Below, piece after piece: positions 12,357 to 22,222 of a stretch of DNA of 64,000 nt. This DNA is from Carpediemonas membranifera BICM (taxonomy: Eukaryota; Protista; Fornicata). The position numbers were made by a program, and so were the translations under genes. The DNA lies in NCBI GenBank assembly GCA_019828565.1, contig JAHDYR010000066.1:372001-436000 (forward strand), written 5' to 3'. Each line of letters starts with the position of its first letter. Positions within the stretch are counted from its first letter, which is position 1. The notes under the pieces were generated by a model. That model did no database searches. It had not been told where the DNA came from and worked only from the letters and a program-made list of their open reading frames with translations.

Positions 12357-12766
12357 CTACCCGGTGTGCTTTATCTGGATGTTGTGCTTGAGCATGAATT
12401 CCGCCAATGTCTGCTCGCGCGCCTTAAGGTCGCCGATCAGCTGGGTCTCAATCTGCTTCAGCTTGTCCCTGTTGGCCTGCAGGAAGGGGCGGACTGTGCC
12501 CACGGTGCCCTTCTGGAGGATGTCTCCACTCTGCCTCATGCAGGTGCGGTCTTCGGGGAGATCAACAAGCTCGCGGAGTACGTGGCTGTGTAAAAAATAC
12601 AAAATGCTGTGCTCGTCCTCACAAAAGATCAAGCAGCGGCAGAAACGAACTCGTGCTCGGAAACTTGTGCTGAGATTTCGGTAGCGCGATTCCTAAGGTT
12701 CTCTACAATATCATTAAGTTTGTGGTACTCGCCAACAATCTTGTTACGCTCCTCGTCGCTGCTCAT
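12357..12766 (-). CDS. PFDN2: prefoldin subunit 2; intron 12586-12650
   Basis: Splicing the 65-nt intron GTTCGT...TTTTACACAG gives MSSDEERNKIVGEYHKL...EHDHVLRELVDLPEDRTCMRQSGDILQKGTVGTVRPFL, a beta-prefoldin pattern. Confidence 0.75.
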
Positions 12767-13025
12767 GGCCTGTTCTCGACGCTGAATATTTCGGCTAAAC
12801 TGCGAAAAATTGTCCGACTCATAGTGAGGAGACCAAGAGCGAGGTTGGAATGCGGTCGCCTCACTTGGCTCTTGTGCTCACGGTCGTTCTTAACTTTTTC
12901 TTCTGTGCAAGAACTTGTCTCGCCTGATTGACAAGTGAGCTCAGGGATCAGCCGATCCACAGCTGGCACGACTCCAGAACTGTCAACAACATGACCCATG
13001 GAGTTTATGAGAGCGGTAGCATGGC

Positions 13026-14504
13026 TCAGCTCCATCCCAGATGCGCCTTGCACACCAGGTCATTGCATGCAGGGGGGAATGAGTAGACGTTCTGTCCGTA
13101 CTTGTCGGCGGGGGATGTGAGGACCTCGATCAGGGCGATAACGATACTCGCCAACTTGATAGAGCCACTGACGCTGTTGTCCCGGCATGCACTGGGAATC
13201 GGCAGGCCGCCCGACACAACAACCACGAACCAGCCCGACTTCCCCGAGACGTGTTCGACTCCGTGGCGCAGTTTAGCGCATTGCCGGCCCTGCTTGAGCT
13301 CCTCGATGGGGAGGACGCGGTGGCCGGTGGGGCTCACGTTGATGATCACCGCCCCGCACTTTAGCTTCCTCAGTGTCGACGCAGACACCTGCGCGGCCTT
13401 CTGCCCGCCTGTCGCCGCGATGAGGAGGTCCGTGGTTGCCGCCACCTTGCCCAGCTCGACGAGCTCAAACCCCGCGATCTTCGCCTCTATCGCGTGCACC
13501 GGATTGACTTCCGAGACGGTGACAATCGATCCCGCAGACCGCAGTGTGGTCGCGGCAAGCTTGCCGGCCGGGCCGAAGCCTACGATGTGTACGTGGGCGC
13601 CACCAAAGGCGAAGTCTGACCGTGCTGTCTTGACAACAGACAGCACAGCGTCGGCGGTGTGGGGGTAGACGAACGAGGCGAAGACAGTGGACGACGAGAG
13701 ATCCATGACGGCGTGCGGCAGGTCGAACCGGCTGATGTCGGCCGAGTGGCGAGCGGCCGGGTCGGTGCATATGACCGGGATGGCCTTGTTGCCCCGCACC
13801 CGGTTGATCCGTCCCATGGTTGCCATGGCCTCGATCGAGTCGACGACGACGGCATGGGCGGGTGATCCATCGATGCCACCGATGACGGCCTCGCGCATCA
13901 TCGTGTCGGCCAGATCGGCTGATACTTGTAGAGGCGCTGGGAATGCGTGGACGCCCTCCGCGGCCGTGTTGAGAGCCATGCCGACCTCTTCGTCGAACTT
14001 CCCCGTCGGCGGGGGGCATATTGCAACGTGCTCGGCCCCAAGGTCGAGCAGGACCTCGGCCAGCACGGCGGAGGCCGGACTCACCTCGGTCAGCAGCGTG
14101 ATGCGGGCGGGAGCACCTCCGTGGGCCCTCAGGTTGGCCAGATAGCCGTGATACCTCGTCACAAGATGTGGCACGGATGCCAGCAGAGCCCTCTTCTCAC
14201 TGATACGGTAGTCTCCGGTCTCTTCAGGCGGCCTGGCGCCGTTGTGCGCCATGGGGGAGTACAGAGTCTTGGTGCTCTTCGCGACGACGGACTTGATGCC
14301 CATCCTGCCTGTGTGCATCAGCTTAGACGCCGGTCCTCGCTTCCTCTTCTCGATCATCGTCGACGTGGGCGTTGGCGGCGAGGAGCTGATGACATCCGCG
14401 TCGTCCATCACCAGCTGGGCTTCACGGAGACGGGAGCCCACCTTGGGGGAGTATACGGTATTCTGGGGTATTGGAATGCTAGCCTCGTGGCCGATATCGG
14501 ACAT
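13026..14504 (-). CDS. divergent S-adenosylhomocysteine hydrolase-like protein, probably non-catalytic
   Basis: NAD-binding region GFGPAGK...VTVSEVNPVHAIEAKIAGFE...IAATGG and C-terminal VYSFP...LVCKAHL resemble AHCY; canonical catalytic motifs are not recognisable. Confidence 0.7.
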   Translation of the reverse strand: MSDIGHEASIPIPQNTVYSPKVGSRLREAQLVMDDADVISSSPPTPTSTMIEKRKRGPASKLMHTGRMGIKSVVAKSTKTLYSPMAHNGARPPEETGDYRISEKRALLASVPHLVTRYHGYLANLRAHGGAPARITLLTEVSPASAVLAEVLLDLGAEHVAICPPPTGKFDEEVGMALNTAAEGVHAFPAPLQVSADLADTMMREAVIGGIDGSPAHAVVVDSIEAMATMGRINRVRGNKAIPVICTDPAARHSADISRFDLPHAVMDLSSSTVFASFVYPHTADAVLSVVKTARSDFAFGGAHVHIVGFGPAGKLAATTLRSAGSIVTVSEVNPVHAIEAKIAGFELVELGKVAATTDLLIAATGGQKAAQVSASTLRKLKCGAVIINVSPTGHRVLPIEELKQGRQCAKLRHGVEHVSGKSGWFVVVVSGGLPIPSACRDNSVSGSIKLASIVIALIEVLTSPADKYGQNVYSFPPACNDLVCKAHLGWS

Positions 14505-14602
14505 TTTGCGTGGTTCTTCGCTCAATCATCGCATTCGCATTCTGCTTCTTTCGTGCAAACCGCACAAGATGAAAATTGTGAAATGTACGTTTACTCTTGA
14601 AC

Positions 14603-15745
14603 TTAGATAAGGGGCTCGTCGCCGTCAACAACGTTGTACCCGCCCGCTAGGTCGACCTCAGGCGCGACAACGGGAGCAGAGGGGGCCTCGACCTCGTCGG
14701 TGGAGGCAACCGCGCCGCTGTCGTCACGAAGTTGGGAGGGCTCTGAGTATTCGGCCGCAGTGAGGCTGGTGAAGTCCGTGGTGGGCACGTCGGCCTCCAG
14801 ATCGCCAGCACCACCGGGCATGAGGAAGATCTCGCCGTGGGCGATGACGTTCATGGCGCCGAGGAAGGGACCCGTCCCGGCGACGAAGAGGACCACGATG
14901 ATGTCATAAATGACGACAAAGACGGTGTACACGAAGACACCGCCGACCGTGTGCATGGGGTCGGTCTCAGTAATGCGGCCGAGCAGGAACATGAAGATTA
15001 TCTGGAAGATCATGACTACGACGATGACAGAGACGCAGGCGACAACCGATGCGATCCAAGCGCCCCAGGTGAGGAGGGTGACCTGCCAGTTGCGGACGGC
15101 GGCCATGGCGGAGACCTTGACGTGGGAGAGGAAGTCGGGGGTCTTCTGCTCAGCAGACAGCAGGAACCAGTGGGGGAAGGTGAAGAAGGGCACGACGACG
15201 GGGGGGATCCAGAAGATGAACAGACCGACGACGGGGACGCCGAAGAGAAGGGAGGCCGTCAGCAGGATGGTGAAGCCGACGCTGACCCAGAAGGTAGCAA
15301 GGTAGGAGCCCATGTTCGAGGCGGGGGTGAGGTAAAAGTCCTTGAGGGTCAGCTTCTCGCCCTTGGCGATGCGGAGCATGCAGACTGTGGCGGAACAATA
15401 GAGGTAGTGGCCGAGAAGGCTAGTCACAACTACCACGATGAAACGGACAAAGCCGTTGAGCACTTCGAGGGCGACGTCAAGGTCGATCATGAAGTGGGCA
15501 CGGGCGGTAATCTCCTGGAGAACGCCCTTGACCATCTCGAAGAAGATGAATGACATGAACGAGATGATAACGATAAAAGCAGCCGTGAAACCGTACAGGA
15601 AGAACCAATCGATGACGCCAGTGCCGATGGGCCCGTTCTTGAGAACGCGGATGATTTTTTCGAAATCAGCGACGTCTCCAATGCTTACACGCTTGATGTC
15701 GTCAGTTGAACTGACGGCCTTGTCGCGGAATACGGCAGAGCTCAT
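14603..15745 (-). CDS. multi-pass membrane protein of unknown function
   Basis: 380 aa, about 6 hydrophobic segments, acidic tail, strong codon bias. Confidence 0.7.
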   Translation of the reverse strand: MSSAVFRDKAVSSTDDIKRVSIGDVADFEKIIRVLKNGPIGTGVIDWFFLYGFTAAFIVIISFMSFIFFEMVKGVLQEITARAHFMIDLDVALEVLNGFVRFIVVVVTSLLGHYLYCSATVCMLRIAKGEKLTLKDFYLTPASNMGSYLATFWVSVGFTILLTASLLFGVPVVGLFIFWIPPVVVPFFTFPHWFLLSAEQKTPDFLSHVKVSAMAAVRNWQVTLLTWGAWIASVVACVSVIVVVMIFQIIFMFLLGRITETDPMHTVGGVFVYTVFVVIYDIIVVLFVAGTGPFLGAMNVIAHGEIFLMPGGAGDLEADVPTTDFTSLTAAEYSEPSQLRDDSGAVASTDEVEAPSAPVVAPEVDLAGGYNVVDGDEPLI

Positions 15746-16068
15746 TGTTTGGCCGTGTTTTGTCGAGAAAAATTAAGACGGAATTTAAGCCGGAATCTCG
15801 ATCTCATCAATTAGCTCTTTCTGGTTGTAGAGCGGCAGGGTTAATAGTTCACTGCGGATCGCAGCGGTCAGCCCGTGTCAGGAAGGCCGACGACATTGCC
15901 TGCCGTGGGTCTCCGGTCGACACTGACAAACTATCTCCAGCCGTGTGACTCGAAACGTATAGTTCGGGACAAATGGAGTCATGGCGCACACAAAGATCGG
16001 TCAAATTCCTTCCATATTGAGTCAACGCTGGTCCAACTGATGACACCTACAATGTTACTTTTATCTCA

Positions 16069-17673
16069 CTATTCCGGCTTCCACTTGAGGATGGGCTTGC
16101 GGGCCGCACCAGCCTCGTCGCACCGCCTGACGGGCGTGTGCATGGGAGTGGCATGCATCTCGGCGACGTCAGCCTCGGCGGCGTGAGCCTTCTGGGCGAG
16201 GCCGACGACACTCTTGGCGAACCCATCGAGCGATGTGATAGGCTCGCTCTCGGTCGGCTCGATGAGCATGGCGCCCGAGACGACGAGGGGGAAGTAGACC
16301 GTCGGGGGGTGGTGGCCCTCGTCGAGGAGGCCCTTGGCGATGTCCATGGTCGTGACGGACGTGCCCTTGAGGTGGTGGTCTGACATGACACACTCGTGGA
16401 GGCAGTTGGTGTCGCCGAACGGGGCCGACACACCGCCCTCCATCAGCTGGTGTTGCAGGTAGTTGGCGTTCAGGATGGCGTCGCGGGACGACTGGGTGAT
16501 TCCCTCCCCGCCGAGCGCCATGATGTACGCCAGCGCCCGGATCATGATGCCGACCTGGCCGGCGAAGCCCTTGACGCGGCCGAGGGATGTCTCGGGGGCC
16601 TCGTCCTCCTCCATGAGATGGTACGTGCCGTCGGGGTTCTTGACGACCTTGGGCATGGGACAGTATGGCGCGAGGAGCTCAGAGAAGACCACCGGGCCGG
16701 CACCGGGGCCACCACCGCCGTGGGGCGTGGAGAACGTCTTGTGGAGGTTGATATGCATGGCGTCGACGCCGAAGTCGTGGACGAGAGCGTTGCCCATGAG
16801 GGCGTTGAGGTTGGCGCCGTCCATGTAGAAGTAGCCGCCCTGCTCGTGGATGAGGTCCGCCATGTTCTTGATCTCGCTCTCGAAGATGCCGAGGGTGTTG
16901 GGGTTGGTCAGCATCATGCCGGCGACCTTGCCCTCGTACTTCTCGAGGATGGCCTTGAACGCGTCCATGTCGACGGTGCCCTCTTTGTTAGCCTGCACCG
17001 AGACGACCTTGAAGCCGCACATCACAGCGGAGGCGGGGTTCGTGCCGTGAGCGGACTCGGGCACGATGATGATGTTACGGCCGTGCTCGCCGCGGTGCAT
17101 CATGGCGGTCTTCATCGCCATCAGGCCGGTGAGCTCGCCGTGGGAGCCGGCGGCGGGGGCAAGGGTGATTTCCGGCATGCCGGTAATAGTCTTCAGAGCC
17201 TCGCCGAGCTCGTACATGACCTGGAGGATGCCCTGGACGGTGCCCTCGGGCTGGTTGGGGTGGATGTTGGCAAGGCCGTCGAGACGGGCGACCTTCTCGT
17301 TGACACGGGGGTTGTACTTCATGCTGCGTGAGGATGTGGGGAAGTACGAACGTGCAGGATCCGAGGGGGTAGATTCCAGTGTCGATGGAGTAGTTCTTGC
17401 TCGAGAGGGTGACGTAGTGGCGCATCACCTGAGGCTCAGAGAGCTCGGGGAGGCCGATGCTCTCTGTACGCTGAAGGCCACCAAGACGGCCGTTAACACA
17501 GCACTCTCCGAAGCGATGGGGCTCGCAACGCGTGCCACAGAGTTGAGGAAGCGTCGATTCGAAGCTGTGTAAGACGCTGAACGGTACCCGATAATTCCAC
17601 CAAAATGGAAACGGAATGAAGCATACAGAAGGGGAACAGCAACGTTCAGGCCGCGGGAGACAGCGAGAGACAT
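16069..17673 (-). CDS. gcvPB: glycine decarboxylase P-protein subunit 2 (GcvPB type); introns 17324-17351 and 17565-17626
   Basis: Spliced product [18 protein letters not shown]...[13 protein letters not shown]...YPLGSCTMKYNP; [12 protein letters not shown] lysine motif [25 protein letters not shown]. Confidence 0.93.
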
Positions 17674-18150
17674 GATCTGTCTGTGTTTGATGAGCGTTTT
17701 GTCTCCAGGAATCTGGAGGACCTATCTATATCAGAAGATCCAATTCGAGTCACTCGCGGCCTGTCACCCCAGGTATACCGGCCCATCGAATAGCGCACGG
17801 GGCATGCTTTCGTGCAGACCCGGTTTTGAGTCTGCTAGAGATGATGCTGCGACGGTGCTCAACACGTTAACGAGGTGAGGGGACGCGGGATGGGAGGCAG
17901 GCGCCGCGTGTGGCCACTACTGTTCATGGCTATGCTGGCTGGGGCAAGTGCAGGGCTACCCCGGCCCGCCCTGGCCTGCTGTGACGCGCGACAGAGCTTG
18001 TCACACTGGGAAAGGAACGCCTCACGGATTCCAGAGCTCCGGATAGATCGGCTGGACCTGGGTAATGACTCCAGCCATTGTACATGGAGGAGAGGTGTTC
18101 TTGCGTCCTGAAGGCCACAGGCTAAGATGTACGATTTAACAGGGCGGGAA

Positions 18151-18747
18151 TTAAAGTTGGCTGAAAATATCTTCCAGCTCGGCCGAGACCTCCTCGGGGG
18201 TGCGATCACCCCTCACGGTGACGACGCGCTCGCGGTAGAGCTCGATCACGGGCATAGTGGTCTCGCGATAGGTGCGGAAGCGCTTGATGATTGACTCCAC
18301 GTTGTCGTCCGTGCGGCCGCTAGTCTTGCCGCGCTCCAGGAGGCGGTCCCTCATGACGTCTTCGGGGACGTCGAGGAAGAGGACGAACTTGCACGTCCCG
18401 ACCATCTTCTCGAAGCACTCGGCCTGCTCGATGGCACGGGGGAAGCCGTCGATGAGGAAGAGCTTCTTCTCGGGGTTCTTGGCCATGGCATTCTGGAGAA
18501 GCTTAACGGTGACCTCGGCGCGGACAATGAGGCCGTTCTTGATCATGTAGCTGATCTCTTCGCCAAGCTCGCTGTTCTTGTCTGCTACCTCCTCACGGAG
18601 AAGATCGCCAGCGCTCAAGTGGCAGATTTCTGGGAAGCGCTTGACCAAAAAGGCGGACTGTGTGCCCTTGCCGCTGCCTGGCCCCCCAAGAACGAATATA
18701 ACATTGGAGTCAGCAAATTTGCTGGCATCAAAAGTGGTATTGGTCAT
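18151..18747 (-). CDS. UMP-CMP kinase / adenylate kinase family
   Basis: FVLGGPGSGKGTQ, HLSAGDLLR, FLIDGFPR, RGKTSGRTDDN. Confidence 0.92.
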   Translation of the reverse strand: MTNTTFDASKFADSNVIFVLGGPGSGKGTQSAFLVKRFPEICHLSAGDLLREEVADKNSELGEEISYMIKNGLIVRAEVTVKLLQNAMAKNPEKKLFLIDGFPRAIEQAECFEKMVGTCKFVLFLDVPEDVMRDRLLERGKTSGRTDDNVESIIKRFRTYRETTMPVIELYRERVVTVRGDRTPEEVSAELEDIFSQL

Positions 18748-19037
18748 TTTCTTGCTCAAATGAGACAGATTCGGTTTGCTTCTCTTCGAGTCAAATCGCA
18801 GTTTAACGACGATTCGAAGTCCGGCCCTCAGAACGCCAGGGGAAGTCCCGTGCACTCGGCCGTGGGCATCGCTGTGACAGCTAAAAATAAAGACAATGAT
18901 CGGATGACCGCCACGTCTATTCTCAGAAGATGGAGCATCAGTGCAGTTCGAGTCAAGACTCACGACGGTGCCCACTAGCGTCCACTGGTAGCATCTCCGC
19001 CCCAGTAACTTTACTACACAATGCGGCCCCCCGCCGC

Positions 19038-19928
19038 TCATCTCCCGCTGACACTTGTCATGGCCCGCCGCGTCATCCGGTTCCACCGCTCGACAGCCTC
19101 GTCCAGTCGAGCCCGCTTCTCCTCGAGCTCGAGGGCCAGCAGCTTGTTGTGCTCTCCCAGCCGGTTGACCTGCTTCTGCAGTGCTGTGGCCCGGGACATG
19201 GTCTCGTCAAGGGCGTCCGCCTTCTCACGCAGCTGCGCCTTGAGCTCCGTGATGGTCGCCTGGCTGACATTGCTGGCTGAGTCCATCTCATCCCTGTACT
19301 TCTGTGCCTCCTTGTCGGCGTTCCCGTGCGCCTTGGCCAAGCTCAGTCGAAGCTCCTCGATGCGGCTCTCTAGCCCCTCGACCTCCTCGCGGTGCTGCTG
19401 CTCCTGGGCCTTGGCCTTGGACTCAACCGCCTCAATCGCTGCATTACTCTGGTCCAGTGCCCGGGCGAGGTTGTTCCTCTCCCCCTCGAGCGCCTGTACC
19501 GTCTGTTCCATCGCTCCGAGCTGGGTCCGAAGGTCCTGGGCGTCCGCCTGGCACTTGGCGATGGTGCTCTGCTGACCCGCCTGGCCCTGGGCGTACTGTG
19601 CATTCTCCTGTGACAGACGGCGAACATCCCCCTCGAGGAGGTTGATGGTGTGCTGGTTCTCCTTGAGGAGGTGATCCCGCTGCATCAGCTCGTCCTTGAG
19701 GTTCTTGAGCATATCGATGCTCTCGTACTGCTGGTGGATTGAGTCCATGTCCTGACCTGTCGCCATAGCAAGCTGCTCCTCCAAATAGAAGTTGCGAAGC
19801 TGCAGAGCAACGAGCTGCTCGTTCAGCCGCTCAATTTCGTCGTGTGTCTGTCTTGCTGTGAATATTGAAGCATCTAGCGACCCATATGTGCCATAATCGT
19901 CAACAGGTGCGCGAGAGCCGTATTCCAT
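19038..19928 (-). CDS. coiled-coil protein with N-terminal centrosomin motif 1 (CM1), gamma-tubulin complex receptor-like
   Basis: TARQTHDEIERLNEQLVALQLRNFYLEEQL resembles the CM1 consensus (L..ENF.LKLRIYFLEE); long coiled coil follows. Confidence 0.55.
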   Translation of the reverse strand: MEYGSRAPVDDYGTYGSLDASIFTARQTHDEIERLNEQLVALQLRNFYLEEQLAMATGQDMDSIHQQYESIDMLKNLKDELMQRDHLLKENQHTINLLEGDVRRLSQENAQYAQGQAGQQSTIAKCQADAQDLRTQLGAMEQTVQALEGERNNLARALDQSNAAIEAVESKAKAQEQQHREEVEGLESRIEELRLSLAKAHGNADKEAQKYRDEMDSASNVSQATITELKAQLREKADALDETMSRATALQKQVNRLGEHNKLLALELEEKRARLDEAVERWNRMTRRAMTSVSGR

Positions 19929-20221
19929 GACGGTTTTCTCGCAGATCGTCGTGTCAATCAAAAATTCAAATGATTGAGCCATGGCCGGGGCTAGATCCGT
20001 GGTGGTATCCGCAGTTGCCAGTCCTGAATGTCCAATAAGACGCCTCAACAGTTTCGAGCACCCGCAGTCGGCTGCTTTACTGTCCGCTATTGAGTCAGGC
20101 CAAGCACGGCACAGACCCTTGTACGCCTTGAGCAACGGACTATACATGCGACTGCCGTGAATGTGGCCACCGCGCCTTGTCCGCCCACTCCGGGGTGCAG
20201 TCTATGCAGCGTCGCGTCATC

Positions 20222-21451
20222 ATGGCATCGGCGGTGCCTACAGAATGGGCAGAGATCAAATGGATGCTCCGACAGTTGCAAGAACCTATTATACTCTTCG
20301 GTGAACGGATAGAGGAGCGTCGCGAACGTTTGAAGATCGTGCTGGAAGAACTACAGACGGCTGGCGAGATGACGGTGCTTGAGCGGCTATATCAGGGCCT
20401 GGATAGCATTACAACAAGCAAAACAGACGATGAGTTTTACACAGAGGGCCCCCCTGAGCTGCTGACATTCCGCCAGTCCCTCGTCAGCTTCTCCCTGGCC
20501 AGAGCCCACCAGCGTGCAATGAATGAGAGAGCATTCATCAAGGAGACCGCGCATGGCCCCCCACAGCGCCCTGACTGGCCGCTGTCCCTGCAGACGGACA
20601 CCTGCGTGCCCGGGTCCGCTGTTTTCATGGGTCTCGACTGGTCCCCGGACGGCGGGGTCGTGGCCGGGTCATTGGCCGGTGAGTACACGGTGTTTAACCC
20701 GGACCTGACTGTCGCACAGTCTTGGACCCCCGCCGGTGAGGGGGGGCGCGTCACGTGCGTCAATACCCGCACCGGCATCCCGGGAGTTTCCATGCTCTCT
20801 GGGGACGCAAGCGGCGGACTTACGGTGTGGCGCGGCTTGGGGCCCGGCGAGAGTGCGAGGCTAACGCACCCGGGGCCGGTAAACCGCCTGGCAGTCCACC
20901 CGCACGGGGCGACGGTGGCGACGTCAACGGGCGCCGGGACGTGGCATCTGTGGGATGTCGAGCAGGGCGTTGAACTCTCGGGGACCCGGGCCCACCAGGA
21001 CCAGGTTCTTGGGCTATCGGTCCACCCCGACGGCTCTCTGCTGGCCACGGCCTCGCTCGACTCGACCGTCGCCCTGTGGGACCTGCGGACGGGCCACCGC
21101 GCACTTATCCTCGCGCAGCACGCGGCAGGGGCGGTAGATGTCGCGTGGAACCCGGACGGCTGGCGGTTGGCGTCAGGCGGGCAGGACGGGCGGGCGCTGG
21201 TGTGGGATGTGCGACGCGGTGTCGTGGCAGAGGAGATCCTGGCGCACCAGTCTGTGGTGACTAAGGTTGCGTGGTGTCAAGGGGCGCTCGTGACGGCCGG
21301 GCACGACGGCATGGTCTGGTTCCGGGACGCCTACACGTACGAGACAATCAGACATGTGAGGCTGCCGGGTAGGCTAATGGGGCTTGCATTCAGCGAGTAT
21401 GGTGTCGCCGTGGCCCGGCCCAGGGTTGTCTCGGTGCTGCGGTGCACCTGA
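20222..21451 (+). CDS. PRPF4: U4/U6 snRNP protein Prp4 (PRPF4)
   Basis: PRP4 motif LRQLQEPIILFGE...RRERLK, FYTEGP.ELL..R, WD repeats including HPDGSLLATASLD...WDLRTG. Confidence 0.88.
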   Translation: MASAVPTEWAEIKWMLRQLQEPIILFGERIEERRERLKIVLEELQTAGEMTVLERLYQGLDSITTSKTDDEFYTEGPPELLTFRQSLVSFSLARAHQRAMNERAFIKETAHGPPQRPDWPLSLQTDTCVPGSAVFMGLDWSPDGGVVAGSLAGEYTVFNPDLTVAQSWTPAGEGGRVTCVNTRTGIPGVSMLSGDASGGLTVWRGLGPGESARLTHPGPVNRLAVHPHGATVATSTGAGTWHLWDVEQGVELSGTRAHQDQVLGLSVHPDGSLLATASLDSTVALWDLRTGHRALILAQHAAGAVDVAWNPDGWRLASGGQDGRALVWDVRRGVVAEEILAHQSVVTKVAWCQGALVTAGHDGMVWFRDAYTYETIRHVRLPGRLMGLAFSEYGVAVARPRVVSVLRCT

Positions 21452-22222
21452 GGCGGTCGACTTGATGGTCATAAATACTCATAGCGCCGTTGTACCAGCT
21501 CATGCAGGGTTAACCTGGCGATAAGTGGGCGTCGGTGTCTAGCGTCAACATGGCAACTCTCGGCATCGGTAGTGGTGTGGTCGAATAGATTATCGCCACA
21601 CTGACCGCATTGGGGATTATAAACTGCTCTGTTTAAATCTCCGGTGGGTGACACCACAGACACTTGAAACTGACAGTGGCCAAATATGGCTCGCCAGGGT
21701 TGACCCCAGGTCCCCTCGAAACAGACACCTCGCATGAAACAACTTGACAAGACTCCCACCACGACAAAAGTTATAAGAGCGTGTGCCGTGCTAAAGCCCA
21801 GAAATATGATAAAGACTGTTTACGAATTCCGCAGGTTAAGGGCACAAGCGTATCCGCGGCACAGGTGGGGAAAGAAGAAAGAAATTTAGTGTGCTTGATA
21901 TCCGACCCCGGACTGGGCTGCTTTCCCAGGCACCGGTGGGGAAGAGGCGATGTCTGGTCCCACCTGGCTCAGTTCTTGTCACTCACCCAGCCGACTGGGG
22001 CCATCCTTTACTTGCTGGCCACTGTGCCAAGTCGAGTGCAGCGGGGAAACCTGCCGTCTTGGCCTCATGTTATGAACGCCCTGGGGTATGATGCCAGTCC
22101 TCCACGTAAGAACGAGTCATCTCATCCTGTCACTCGGACACGAGTACACACAGCCTTGAGGCCAGCCGGACAATACAAGTCGATTTACTGGTCTAGTAAA
22201 GTTTAAACATGCTATGTTACAC

